Positions 37,797 to 47,855 of a DNA stretch of 51,441 bases are shown piece by piece. Source of the DNA: Thermoplasmatales archaeon (GTDB lineage Archaea; Thermoplasmatota; E2; DHVEG-1). The notes beneath the pieces were generated by a model. It saw nothing but the letters and a program-made list of their open reading frames with translations, ran no database searches and had not been told where the DNA came from. The translations under genes were made by a program, and so were the position numbers. The stretch is taken from assembly GCA_020350365.1 (NCBI GenBank), contig CP070712.1, forward strand, positions 64,812 through 116,252. Direction: 5' to 3'. Each line of letters opens with the position of its first letter. Position 1 is the first letter of the stretch.

Positions 37797-38420
37797 GTGA
37801 AAAAGATATTTGTTTTTTGCTTATGTATGATGCTGACAATAACAATCACACCTCTTGTCGCATGTGGAGAAGTTATAAATGAACTTGAAAAAAATGATTT
37901 TAAATTTGATGTAAGACCCATGTTTCTTTTTGCACGTTTTAATCCATTTTGGCAGATACCTCTAAAACATCTGGATATTGTATCATTTTCAATATTTGAG
38001 GATTCTGAAGAACCAGATTTTTTACAAGCAAGTATTACACTTCGAGGTTTTGAATATTCTAATCTTCGTACATGTTATGTAATATATTTCACATTTGACT
38101 GTATTAGATATTATATAGGGATTAACACTCATACAGATGGAGAATATATTAGCTCAATTGCTGGGTATTTTGATGAAAATAACAATTGTCATGACACTAC
38201 AGTAGATTGCGAGATAAATGAAGAAGAAAATATTATGACATGGAATGTTCCAAAAGATGTTATCGGTAATCCAGAATCTGGAGACCAATTGGAAGATGTA
38301 CATGCAAGTTCTTTCTTAATATTACAGAGAGATTGTAATGCAAAGTTTCCAATACATCTTGCAAAGGATATTGCAGGACCAATATTTAGAGTAGGGTATT
38401 CATACGAAGTACAATATTAA
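37797..38420 (+). CDS. Secreted hypothetical beta-sandwich protein
   Basis: GGAGG RBS, GTG start, signal peptide, W.VPKDVIGNP..GD motif. Confidence 0.75.
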   Translation: MKKIFVFCLCMMLTITITPLVACGEVINELEKNDFKFDVRPMFLFARFNPFWQIPLKHLDIVSFSIFEDSEEPDFLQASITLRGFEYSNLRTCYVIYFTFDCIRYYIGINTHTDGEYISSIAGYFDENNNCHDTTVDCEINEEENIMTWNVPKDVIGNPESGDQLEDVHASSFLILQRDCNAKFPIHLAKDIAGPIFRVGYSYEVQY

Positions 38421-38584
38421 AAGGGAAAAATTTCTCTTTTCTTTTTTTTAAAATGACAATATATTTTGTAGCTTATCTTTCCAATTGAAATTTGATATAT
38501 ATTTTTATATATCTTTTATTAAGAAGTAGTATTTATATATACATCTAAACATAATAATTTTGTTATTGACGGGGGAAAATAATT

Positions 38585-39583
38585 ATGAAAAACAAATTTA
38601 ATGACAAAATAAGGCTGATGTTAACAATAAGTATTTTTGTTTTATTTATAGCAATAGGATTTACAGGTGTAATAGGACAATCTTTATCAAATGTGAATAG
38701 TGTAGAAGAAAAGCAAATAGAATATACTCAAACAAAGTCATCTCAGCCACTAGCATTATTTGATTTTTTCTATAAGATATTTAACAATGATTGGAACTAT
38801 TGGTCAAATTCTCCAAATATGTATTCTATTGCTTCAGGAAATGTTGGAATCGGAATAACAAATCCTGTTGAAAAACTAGATGTTGCAGGTACAATTAAGA
38901 TGACGGGATTTAATATGCCAACGGGAGCAAATAATGGATACGTTCTAACATCAGATGGTACTGGAAGAGGTTCATGGCAGTATATAAGTGCCTCTGATGG
39001 TCATTCACTTGATGCAGTAGACGGTGATCCACAAAATGTGGTATTTGTAAATGAAGACGGAACTGTTACAATCAATACCTTAGGAACATTTTTTGGTAAT
39101 TTAGGAGAAGGAAATAAAAAAACTGCAAATGTAAATATTGAAACAGAAGGAATAATGAGTACAACAGTTGGATCAGATTCAACCACATCTGTAACAAATA
39201 ACATGAATGTGGCTGTTGGAAATAATTTAGATGTTTCGGTTGGAGGAGCTGCTAATATTCAAGTAGGTTCTAACTTAGATGTTGGAGCTGATGGAGACAC
39301 TACCATTACATCTGGAAAATCCCTAACGATTACATCTGGTATAAGTACAACTATTGTTGGACCTGTTACGATAGATGGCAAATTAACTGTTACGGGCGGA
39401 ATAGATCCACCATATATGTCATTTAGCAAGGAAAGCCGAGAAAGTATAAGAGAATATGCAGAAGATGTAGATGAACATGAAGAGGTCATGCAATTCTGGA
39501 ATGGTGACTTTCATAGAATGGAAGTATATGTAATAAGTGAAGATACATTTTATACAATTACTGGTGAAATGATAGAGGAATAG
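38585..39583 (+). CDS. Secreted fibre/spike-like protein with gp5/VgrG-type 8-residue repeats
   Basis: Signal peptide, GNVGIGITNPVEKLDVAG and GYVLTSDGTG fibre motifs, then VG.D/N repeats with about 8-aa period. Confidence 0.7.
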   Translation: MKNKFNDKIRLMLTISIFVLFIAIGFTGVIGQSLSNVNSVEEKQIEYTQTKSSQPLALFDFFYKIFNNDWNYWSNSPNMYSIASGNVGIGITNPVEKLDVAGTIKMTGFNMPTGANNGYVLTSDGTGRGSWQYISASDGHSLDAVDGDPQNVVFVNEDGTVTINTLGTFFGNLGEGNKKTANVNIETEGIMSTTVGSDSTTSVTNNMNVAVGNNLDVSVGGAANIQVGSNLDVGADGDTTITSGKSLTITSGISTTIVGPVTIDGKLTVTGGIDPPYMSFSKESRESIREYAEDVDEHEEVMQFWNGDFHRMEVYVISEDTFYTITGEMIEE

Positions 39584-39606
39584 TTAAGAAATAGCGATGC
39601 AATAGT

Positions 39607-40653
39607 TCATTTTAGCAGATCATAATTTAGTTTACTATCTGTTATAAGCTCGATTTTTTCACTGTCTTCATAAACTAGTTTTAAACTTGTCCCCTCAATA
39701 GGGCATCCCTTTGCATAAACTATATCTAGATGAGTATCACTTGCAACTTTTCCTTTAAAATGAATACTAGTTCCATATGCAATATGTAATCCAACTTTTT
39801 CATCTTCAAGAACATTTCCAGTTATAATTGCCTTTGGGTTACAGCCAATACCCAATTCAGCAACATTTTTTCTAGATTCGTTTTCTGAGTAAAATCTTCT
39901 AACCTCATCTGCTATTGGCCCCTCTCCGTCAATACTAGTTATCTTATTATTCTTAACAATGTACTTTAAAATTTCACCTTTATAACTAACTGGCCATATG
40001 CCCTCTGTTTTACTAGCTCCATATTCTTTTATTTCATCATTGAATGCTTCATAAGGAGCAATAAAACCTTCACCGCTAGGAAAATTTATGTATTGCCCGG
40101 TCTTTGTACAGTCTCCCTCATCGGAAAAACCAATACGATTTCTTAAATCAATAAATAGAAAGTCACCAGTAGAAAAATTGATTTCTGCACCAATTGCCTT
40201 CGTAAGCATCTTTTTAATCGCAATTGCATATTTTTTTACTTCGGAGTAATCTGCCTTAAAAACACCATCGTCCATTCTTTTTTCAGGATGTAATCCTGCT
40301 GCTCTAGTTATACTATTTTTTGCCCTAACAATTTGAATCATCGTTGATGAGATTGAATATTCCATCATAGTAATCACTAGATTATATTTACTTAATTTAT
40401 CTGATATTTCTTGTGGAAGTTGAGTATTATCAAGTCCGGGAGATTTATAACTAAAAATATCGACAGTAAAACCTTCAGAATCTCCCATTTTTTTCAGAGT
40501 ATTATACCAATCATGAGCAATTTCCCTAGCTTCCTTCCATTGATCATTGTCTTTTACATTTCCATGTGGTGTATCATAAGTAACTAATACTTTTTCTCCA
40601 GATTTTGGTGCAAATACGTCCTTGATCATTTTTATTCTTTCTTCTAACAACAT
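39607..40653 (-). CDS. Aminopeptidase T-like metallopeptidase (M29)
   Basis: NFPSGEGFIAP, AELGIGCNP, EDEKVGLHIAYG, HLDIV. Confidence 0.82.
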   Translation of the reverse strand: MLLEERIKMIKDVFAPKSGEKVLVTYDTPHGNVKDNDQWKEAREIAHDWYNTLKKMGDSEGFTVDIFSYKSPGLDNTQLPQEISDKLSKYNLVITMMEYSISSTMIQIVRAKNSITRAAGLHPEKRMDDGVFKADYSEVKKYAIAIKKMLTKAIGAEINFSTGDFLFIDLRNRIGFSDEGDCTKTGQYINFPSGEGFIAPYEAFNDEIKEYGASKTEGIWPVSYKGEILKYIVKNNKITSIDGEGPIADEVRRFYSENESRKNVAELGIGCNPKAIITGNVLEDEKVGLHIAYGTSIHFKGKVASDTHLDIVYAKGCPIEGTSLKLVYEDSEKIELITDSKLNYDLLK

Positions 40654-40832
40654 ATTTATACCGTTAAAATTTAGATATGCTAATTTACTTTTATAATAAA
40701 TAACTTTTGAAGTATAAACAAAAATTTCAGATATGATTTAATAAATAAAATATGTAAAAATCAAAATTGCACAACTATAAATATTAATTAAAAAACAAAG
40801 GGTAATTTAATTAATATAATAGAAAATAGGAT

Positions 40833-41063
40833 TTATTCAGATATCTCACAAATACCGGAAATAATATTTAGAATACTTTCTTCCTCTCTTTTGATTTTAT
40901 TTATATTTTTAAGTAATTTTTTTTGTAAGTTTAAATCTCCTTTTTTAACTGCCACTTTATAGATATCCTCAGCTCTCTTTAATGTGCTTTCGAACTCTTC
41001 AAGGATTTTATTCATTCTTTTTACAGCATCGTTTTTTTCTTCAGATGTTATTTTGATATCCAA
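40833..41063 (-). CDS. Small coiled-coil hypothetical protein
   Basis: TTG start with GGGTGA RBS, 76 aa. Confidence 0.65.
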   Translation of the reverse strand: MDIKITSEEKNDAVKRMNKILEEFESTLKRAEDIYKVAVKKGDLNLQKKLLKNINKIKREEESILNIISGICEISE

Positions 41064-41074
41064 ATACTTTCACC

Positions 41075-41218
41075 CTAAATTTGATATTTCTTATGTTTTT
41101 CAAAATATTTATCTAATTTTTCTTTTACGCGAACATACTCCTTGTCCGAATATTTTTTATTATAATCTTTTGTGATTTCATCTATATGCTTGCAGATTTC
41201 AATAAATGTTTTATTCAT
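41075..41218 (-). CDS. 47-aa hypothetical protein
   Basis: MNKTFIEICKHIDEITKDYNKKYSDKEYVRVKEKLDKYFEKHKKYQI*, with GGTGA RBS. Its stop abuts the RBS of 40833..41063. Not in the ORF track. Confidence 0.55.
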   Translation of the reverse strand: MNKTFIEICKHIDEITKDYNKKYSDKEYVRVKEKLDKYFEKHKKYQI

Positions 41219-41322
41219 TTCATTCTCACCTATCCCTTCCATTTATTTACAATTGGATTCTCGCTCCAATGATATAAAAAACTATCCTGTAAAAATGTCA
41301 AAATGAAAAAAAGAAATTTATT

Positions 41323-43767
41323 TTATCCAAATCTTAAAATGTATCTTAGTATCGGAAATATATTTGATAATCTTTCAAACAATAATAAAAATAAATTATT
41401 GAATGTCAGTCTTGTTTCCAAAGTGTTTGATGATCTAGATTTAGGCCATTGGTTTATCAATGGATAATTGTCCTTGTTTTGCCCACCATCAATCTCATAA
41501 GGGGTGTCCCAAATACCTTTAAATGGTAGTTTTTTCGCATCAGGATACTTAGCAGTATAATCAGACCAATAGTTCCCATACTTTCCATCATCCCAGCTAT
41601 TATTTAAATCATCAAATGCGTTTTGTGAGTTGTTTATAAAGTTATTATGAAATATTGAGTTATAATATGCTTGATTTACAAGTTCTATACCAAGGGAATT
41701 ATCAAATATATTATTGTCGATGATTTTATTATACTTGCATAAATGTCTATCCTCACCAGAGAGTTTAATACCACAGCTATTGAGGCTTACATTGTTACCA
41801 ATTAATGTGTTTTCACTGCTATCTTTAAGAATCACTATACCGTTATCATCGTTTCCTGATATATTATTACTAGAGATATTGTTATTTTTGCAACTTGAAA
41901 AGAAGATACCATCTACATTTTTTAAAATATGATTGTCCATAATTGAGTTGTTATCAGACGAATAAGAAAGTATGCCATTAATACCTTTTGAAATAAAGTT
42001 ATTTTTTATTTTGTTTCTTTCTGAATTAATAAATGTTATGCTTCTTATATTTTCCAAAAGAATGTTTTCAATTATGTTGTTGTTATAGGCTTTTTCTAGA
42101 TAAATGCCATCTCTATTATTCATAATTGAATTTCTTAAGATTTGGCTGTTATTGGTGCCAAACATCCATACTCCAATTGCCGTATTTGATAGATCTTGAT
42201 TTTGAATGTTTATATTATCGCAATTTATAAGAAAAATCTGTCCTGCAGTATCTATTGTGACATCAGATTCATCCTTAAGAAATATTAAAGGTTTTCCATT
42301 AACTTCGTTATTTTGGACGTTATTTTCAATTGATTCAGATGTGATATAAAGACCATCATTAAAGAAAGAATTATTTGAAATTATGTTATTTTCAGAGTTA
42401 TAGATGTATAATCCATCAATATTTTCTGAGAGTATATTGTTTGAAATAGAGTTATTTTTACTTAATAAATAGATTTGTATGCCATTTTCATAATTTGAAG
42501 AAATGTAATTACTATCAATAGTATTATTATTACAGTGATATCCTAAACCTAATCCTTTGTTATTGTTTGAAATGTTGTTATAATATATTTCATTGAAACT
42601 AGAGTAATGTAGTCTTATACCATCGTCGTTCTTAGATATGAAATTATTTGATATATAATTAAAATAACAATCGAAAAATGAGATACCCTCGCTATTATTA
42701 TAATTAGAAGAAATGATATTTTCAGAGATAACATTTCTATTTGAATCTACTAAATCTACACCTTCATATCTGTTATTCAATATTTTATTTCCTTTAATTG
42801 TATTGAAATTTGAATTGTAGAGCTCTATTCCTTCATAATTGTTTGAAATATTATTTGCAATTATAGTGTTAGTGTCTGAGTACTCAAGGCCAATACAGGT
42901 AAATCTGCACAAGGAAAGATCATTATTTAAGATGGTATTATTATTGGAGTGAAAAACTACTATATTAAAAAACTTGTTATTGGAAAATTCACTTCCTATT
43001 ATCTTGCTATTATTTGTATTAAAAAGCTCTATTCCAACATCTATGTCAGATAAATTTAGGTTCTCAATTGTAATATCATCGCAGCTTGATAGAATAACTT
43101 GACCTGCATCTAAAATTACCTTTTCAGACTCACCTTCTAGATAAACAAGAGGTTTATCATTAACTGTATTATTCTCTACAATATTATTATATGATTGATA
43201 AACAAATAGCCCGTTATTATAAAAAGTGTTTCCTGATAATTTATTATAGTTACTATTATTATATAAAAATACACCGAGACGGCTTTTAGAAATGACATTA
43301 TTAAGAATATAGTTATAACTGGAAGATTCAAAAACTATACCATATCCATTATTTATGATATTGTTTTCAATAATTATGTTGTAGTTTGATAATATATTTA
43401 TTCCTGCAGTAGTATTGGAATCATCGCAATACTCGATTGAAAATCCACTGATATTTACCCAATCAGCATTAACCAATATTCCCGTACCATTTCTACTACC
43501 ATTAATAATTGTAGTATATTTATTTTCTCCTATCAGACTTATAGATTTATTAATTACGATATTTTCATGATATACTCCACTAGGAATATATATTGCGTCT
43601 CCATCAGAGGCATTGTCTATTAAATCTTGGATATATCCACGAGATTTTGAAAGATTAAGATTTACCTTTTCTATTTTTAAGCCTATAGTTTGAGGAATCA
43701 CAGCAGTTAAAGTAAATAATAAAAATATTACAAGAGCAAGCCCCTTTATAATTAATTTATTTTTCAT
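41323..43767 (-). CDS. Secreted NosD/CASH beta-helix with internal duplication + conserved tail (no PKD)
   Basis: IQDLIDNASDGD, two NxVNxKPL...AGQ blocks, GNYWSDY. Tail WPKSR...ERLSNIFPILRYILRFG. Confidence 0.88.
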   Translation of the reverse strand: MKNKLIIKGLALVIFLLFTLTAVIPQTIGLKIEKVNLNLSKSRGYIQDLIDNASDGDAIYIPSGVYHENIVINKSISLIGENKYTTIINGSRNGTGILVNADWVNISGFSIEYCDDSNTTAGINILSNYNIIIENNIINNGYGIVFESSSYNYILNNVISKSRLGVFLYNNSNYNKLSGNTFYNNGLFVYQSYNNIVENNTVNDKPLVYLEGESEKVILDAGQVILSSCDDITIENLNLSDIDVGIELFNTNNSKIIGSEFSNNKFFNIVVFHSNNNTILNNDLSLCRFTCIGLEYSDTNTIIANNISNNYEGIELYNSNFNTIKGNKILNNRYEGVDLVDSNRNVISENIISSNYNNSEGISFFDCYFNYISNNFISKNDDGIRLHYSSFNEIYYNNISNNNKGLGLGYHCNNNTIDSNYISSNYENGIQIYLLSKNNSISNNILSENIDGLYIYNSENNIISNNSFFNDGLYITSESIENNVQNNEVNGKPLIFLKDESDVTIDTAGQIFLINCDNINIQNQDLSNTAIGVWMFGTNNSQILRNSIMNNRDGIYLEKAYNNNIIENILLENIRSITFINSERNKIKNNFISKGINGILSYSSDNNSIMDNHILKNVDGIFFSSCKNNNISSNNISGNDDNGIVILKDSSENTLIGNNVSLNSCGIKLSGEDRHLCKYNKIIDNNIFDNSLGIELVNQAYYNSIFHNNFINNSQNAFDDLNNSWDDGKYGNYWSDYTAKYPDAKKLPFKGIWDTPYEIDGGQNKDNYPLINQWPKSRSSNTLETRLTFNNLFLLLFERLSNIFPILRYILRFG

Positions 43768-43871
43768 GCTGGTTTCCTCCCTCAGAAATATAGGTTTACC
43801 ATTATTATAATAATATGTGTTGATTTAAATATTTCGAATTCAAAAAAATAAAAAAAAGAGAGATTGGATTA

Positions 43872-45866
43872 TTAAAATCCAAATAGGTTTCTTAGTACCG
43901 GAAATAGATTCGGGAACCGTTCAAAGAATCTTAGAAGCAATGGATGTAATGCCGCTCTTCCGCGTGGAATTGTAACTTCAAAAGTGCTATCAGCACTTGT
44001 TGCTCCTCTTTCATCCTCGGCACTTGCAGTTATTGTGTACGTTCCATCTTCTTCATAGGTGTGACATACTTCTACCGGTGTACATGATGGATTAAAGTCT
44101 GTCTCTTCAGAGTTTCCATCTCCCCAGTCTATTACGTATTTTACCTGGTGTCCATTGGGATCATCTGAGTGAAATGTCCAGCAAAGTTCAACACCTGCTG
44201 CACCTTTGTCCGGGCCATCAATATCCGGTGCGGTGGGAGCTTCATTTGGCTCTTCCTCTGTTGTGAAACTCCATTCAGGACCTGATGTAGTTTCACCCTG
44301 GCTGTCTTCTGATACAATCTGCCAGTAGTATGTTGTCCCCAATTCCATTGTGCCTGGATCATATGCTGTTTGGGTTAGATCTTCCTCTACCAGTGGTGGA
44401 GGACTACTTGTACCAAAGTACACATCATAGGTCACTGTATCACCAACATTTGGGTCTCCTCCGGTCCATTTAAGTATCTCATCTATTGATACATCAGTTG
44501 CACCGTTTGGAGGTTCAGGAGCTGTTGGTGCAAACGGAGGTGCGTTTTCCTCAGTTGAAAAGATCCAAACTGGTCCAGTTGCTGAAAAATCAAAAATGTC
44601 CCATGAAACAATCTGCCAGTAATATGTTGTATCAAAATCAAGTAATCCTGGGTCGTAGGACGTACCTGATTGATTACTAACAACCTGTGGCGGAGGACTG
44701 GTCGTTCCAAAGTAAACATCATAAAGAACAGTGTCACCGTCGGGATCTCCACCCGTCCAGCTTACAACAACATTGATTTCATTATCAATGGAGCCATCTC
44801 CTGGACTTGGATTGCTTGGTTCGTAAGGTGCATCGTTAGTTCTAGTTGTAAAGCTCCAAACAGGGCCAGATTTCGAAAGATTTTTTTCATCGTATGCTAC
44901 AATCTGCCAATAATAGGTGATACCAAAATCAAGACCATCTGGATCATAAGAGGTGTCGGTTTGATTTTCTGATACAAGCACATCAGGTGTGGAGTCACCT
45001 TCTTCAAGAAATACATTATAGGTAACGTTATCATCATTTGGATCTCCCCCGGTCCAACTTAGATTTGTCAGGGGTGAAACATCTGTTGCCCCGTCACTTG
45101 GGTCTGGATCGCTTGGCTCATAAGGCGGTTCATTTTCAGGAATATACATCCATGCGATATACACATACTCACCAGAGGTATAACCTGAGTATTCATGAAC
45201 AAGATCAGAATCATTTGCAATATCAACAGAATGAGGTGAACTGCGACTATTAGCAGAAGTTACATTTGCAGTATATTGGGAGTCATTGTACCAACCCTTC
45301 CATCCTCCTTGGCCATGCATTGAACTGCCATCCTCATATGAGTCAAAGTCCTCAGACCAGAGAACGCCTTCTCCAACCTTAGAAAGACTTATGTCGTCAT
45401 AATAGACGGTAGAAGCAGAGTTTGCAAAAAGATCAACTGCAGCAATATTTAGTATGCCATTTCCACCACCATTGGGTTCTGCTGTCCATTCTTTTTCATG
45501 CAATAGGTCATCATCGTAATACATCTCCAACCAGTCAGAGTCAAGGTCGATATTTATCTTGATTTCCACCCATTCATCTGTTATAAGTGGTAAGGTTGCG
45601 TCATCAAACTCACTCTCAACAATTTGCTCCTCACTATCAAATCTCATTTGAACTGCCCAGGTGTTACCTGTTCCCGAGTCAGAATAGTTGCTCAACATAA
45701 TGAAATACGTTTCACCTGTAAAAAGAGGCTCAACCAAGGGTTTATCAGAAATCATTAATTCATATTCTGATATGTTTTCAGCACCGATACAAGGTATGCT
45801 ACTAGCTCCAACAAAAAGGACAATTATAACTAAAACTAGTCCTTTCTTTAATTTTCCAATTTTCAT
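43872..45866 (-). CDS. Secreted protein: jelly-roll-like domain + 3 Fn3-like repeats + PKD + conserved tail
   Basis: Three PxxPxPxDG...WTGGDP..D.VTYDVY...TYYWQIV...GPVWSFTT repeats. Tail IPRGR...ERFPNLFPVLRNLFGF. Confidence 0.88.
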   Translation of the reverse strand: MKIGKLKKGLVLVIIVLFVGASSIPCIGAENISEYELMISDKPLVEPLFTGETYFIMLSNYSDSGTGNTWAVQMRFDSEEQIVESEFDDATLPLITDEWVEIKINIDLDSDWLEMYYDDDLLHEKEWTAEPNGGGNGILNIAAVDLFANSASTVYYDDISLSKVGEGVLWSEDFDSYEDGSSMHGQGGWKGWYNDSQYTANVTSANSRSSPHSVDIANDSDLVHEYSGYTSGEYVYIAWMYIPENEPPYEPSDPDPSDGATDVSPLTNLSWTGGDPNDDNVTYNVFLEEGDSTPDVLVSENQTDTSYDPDGLDFGITYYWQIVAYDEKNLSKSGPVWSFTTRTNDAPYEPSNPSPGDGSIDNEINVVVSWTGGDPDGDTVLYDVYFGTTSPPPQVVSNQSGTSYDPGLLDFDTTYYWQIVSWDIFDFSATGPVWIFSTEENAPPFAPTAPEPPNGATDVSIDEILKWTGGDPNVGDTVTYDVYFGTSSPPPLVEEDLTQTAYDPGTMELGTTYYWQIVSEDSQGETTSGPEWSFTTEEEPNEAPTAPDIDGPDKGAAGVELCWTFHSDDPNGHQVKYVIDWGDGNSEETDFNPSCTPVEVCHTYEEDGTYTITASAEDERGATSADSTFEVTIPRGRAALHPLLLRFFERFPNLFPVLRNLFGF

Positions 45867-45932
45867 ATTTTTCCTCCCTTAAAACTATAAATTTTTATAA
45901 TTAATATATATTAATAAAATTTAAATATTTGC

Positions 45933-45946
45933 TTAACAAGTGTTAA
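45933..45946. promoter_or_regulatory. TTAAC-N4-GTTAA palindrome upstream of 45866 (second copy at 47632-47645)
   Basis: TTAACAAGTGTTAA and TTAACAATAGTTAA lie 67 and 71 bp upstream of two adjacent minus-strand genes, just upstream of TATA-like boxes. Confidence 0.5.
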
Positions 45947-46025
45947 TTATCGTACCTTTTTTAAATAAAATATAAAAAAATGATTTCATTTTAAAAAATA
46001 AAAGAAAAAGAGAGATTGATTTGAA

Positions 46026-47561
46026 CTACATTATACCTAGTACATCTCTAAATATTTTAGACATAAAAGGAAATCGTTCAATCAATTGTAGAAATACTGA
46101 GTGATACACTGTTCTAGGTCTTGGTATTTCAACCTCAAGTGTACTTTCCGTGCTCTCTGCACCCCAACAACAGTCCTTTGCTATTGCTTTTATGATGTAT
46201 GTACCTCTTTCTGCATAAGTATGGCATACTTCAATTGGTACGCAAGAAGGCTTACATTCTGTTGTATCGGTTGATCCATCTCCCCAGTCAATAATATACT
46301 GTACAGGGTCTCCATTTGGATCGGTCGAATGGAATGTCCAGCATAATTCTACTCCTTCTCCTCCTTTATTGGGTCCATCGATTATTGGAGGTGATGGCGG
46401 TTTGTTTTCATAAGCATGAACCCATGCCCAGTCCCAATCATAAACATAATAGGGTTCACAATCACTGTATGCCTGAACTTCAACGTAGTTGGGATCAACG
46501 CTACAATCTGGGCCCTCAACATGTGCTGTAACGTATATCTCAATAGTATTACATGGGTCTAGCGGTCCAGGGAAATACCAATATATGTAATAATATGGCG
46601 GATCATAATACCATTCATCAGGTTCAGGATCTGAACTAATGTATTTTAGACTGTCATGCATCATATCCCCAACAAATATATCATATAGCGCACCGCAGCA
46701 TTCTCCATTGTTATGGATGACTATCTTAAATTGCACATCTGTACATATTGGTAAGTCAATGGCCTCAGCCTCAGTGTCAGCATCGATCCAACCTTGTGCA
46801 CATGGGTCCCAAACATATTTCTCAACATCAACACTTGGTTCACAACCCTCGTCTGAGGTCAATTGAAAGGCCATATCAAAGTCATAACCTTGTACTTCGA
46901 ATCCAGGAGTCCAGAATGTATATCCAAAGTAGTCTGATCCCCAAACTGCTGGAGATAATTGATAAGTTTCATGGGCACCCCAACCAGATTGTGGTGGATA
47001 CTGGCCTTCAGCCCAAATACTTATCCAGAACTTCTCACAACCGTAAAATGTTATAGTTTCTGGTAAATCCACTGAGAGTTCATAATATATGCTTGTACCT
47101 GTATCTTCAAGAACTTCCTTGGTTATTTCATCCCACGTGAAGCAGTATGGACCTGCATAAGTAGGAGTTTGTGGATGACCATCTGGTGATTCTCCAGTAC
47201 CATCGTCATACATAAAAGAGATGCACCAGTCAAAAGCACCAATATCATAATCTGTGCCCCAATAACCACCGACCCAATGCACATCTAAAACAGTTGTGTC
47301 TTCGTCAAAGTGGAAGTCATCTGCTACATAAGAATCAAAATCTATAGATTCATCCCACTGTGTGGCCATTAGATTTTCATATTCCATACCATTGTCCCAA
47401 ACAACTGAACCAATGGCACCTGGAGCTTGTCCACTCCCTTCAATTTTCGTTTTTGGAGTTTGAAAATCATCAGTTTCTGCTATCACAGAAGTTGATAATA
47501 TCATGGATAGTGCTATCACTAGAACAATAGCTTCTTTTATAAAATATTTTCTTTTGTCCAT
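46026..47561 (-). CDS. Secreted Cys-rich multidomain protein (beta-sandwich + DUF11-like + PKD) + conserved tail
   Basis: ADDFHF...VHWVGGY domain, VEKYVWD...FKIVIHN.G DUF11-like domain and PKD. Tail IPRPR...ERFPFMSKIFRDVLGIM. Confidence 0.83.
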   Translation of the reverse strand: MDKRKYFIKEAIVLVIALSMILSTSVIAETDDFQTPKTKIEGSGQAPGAIGSVVWDNGMEYENLMATQWDESIDFDSYVADDFHFDEDTTVLDVHWVGGYWGTDYDIGAFDWCISFMYDDGTGESPDGHPQTPTYAGPYCFTWDEITKEVLEDTGTSIYYELSVDLPETITFYGCEKFWISIWAEGQYPPQSGWGAHETYQLSPAVWGSDYFGYTFWTPGFEVQGYDFDMAFQLTSDEGCEPSVDVEKYVWDPCAQGWIDADTEAEAIDLPICTDVQFKIVIHNNGECCGALYDIFVGDMMHDSLKYISSDPEPDEWYYDPPYYYIYWYFPGPLDPCNTIEIYVTAHVEGPDCSVDPNYVEVQAYSDCEPYYVYDWDWAWVHAYENKPPSPPIIDGPNKGGEGVELCWTFHSTDPNGDPVQYIIDWGDGSTDTTECKPSCVPIEVCHTYAERGTYIIKAIAKDCCWGAESTESTLEVEIPRPRTVYHSVFLQLIERFPFMSKIFRDVLGIM

Positions 47562-47855
47562 ATTTTTCCTCCCCCAAATAAATATTTGGATTATAACATA
47601 TGTAATAAAAAATAATAATATAAATGTTTTCTTAACAATAGTTAATAGTTTTATATATTAAATTTAATAAATGCTATGATATTTATCTTACTTCATGAGT
47701 TATAACTATAGTCTTATTTGATATAAGATTTAGGTTACATTTAAAAACAATCATTTTTTTTATAAATTATATACTTTAAATAAAGACTCCTATTCAAATT
47801 TAGGAGAAATTATAATAATACTTAATATTATACTATTATAAAGGGGAAAAATAAA

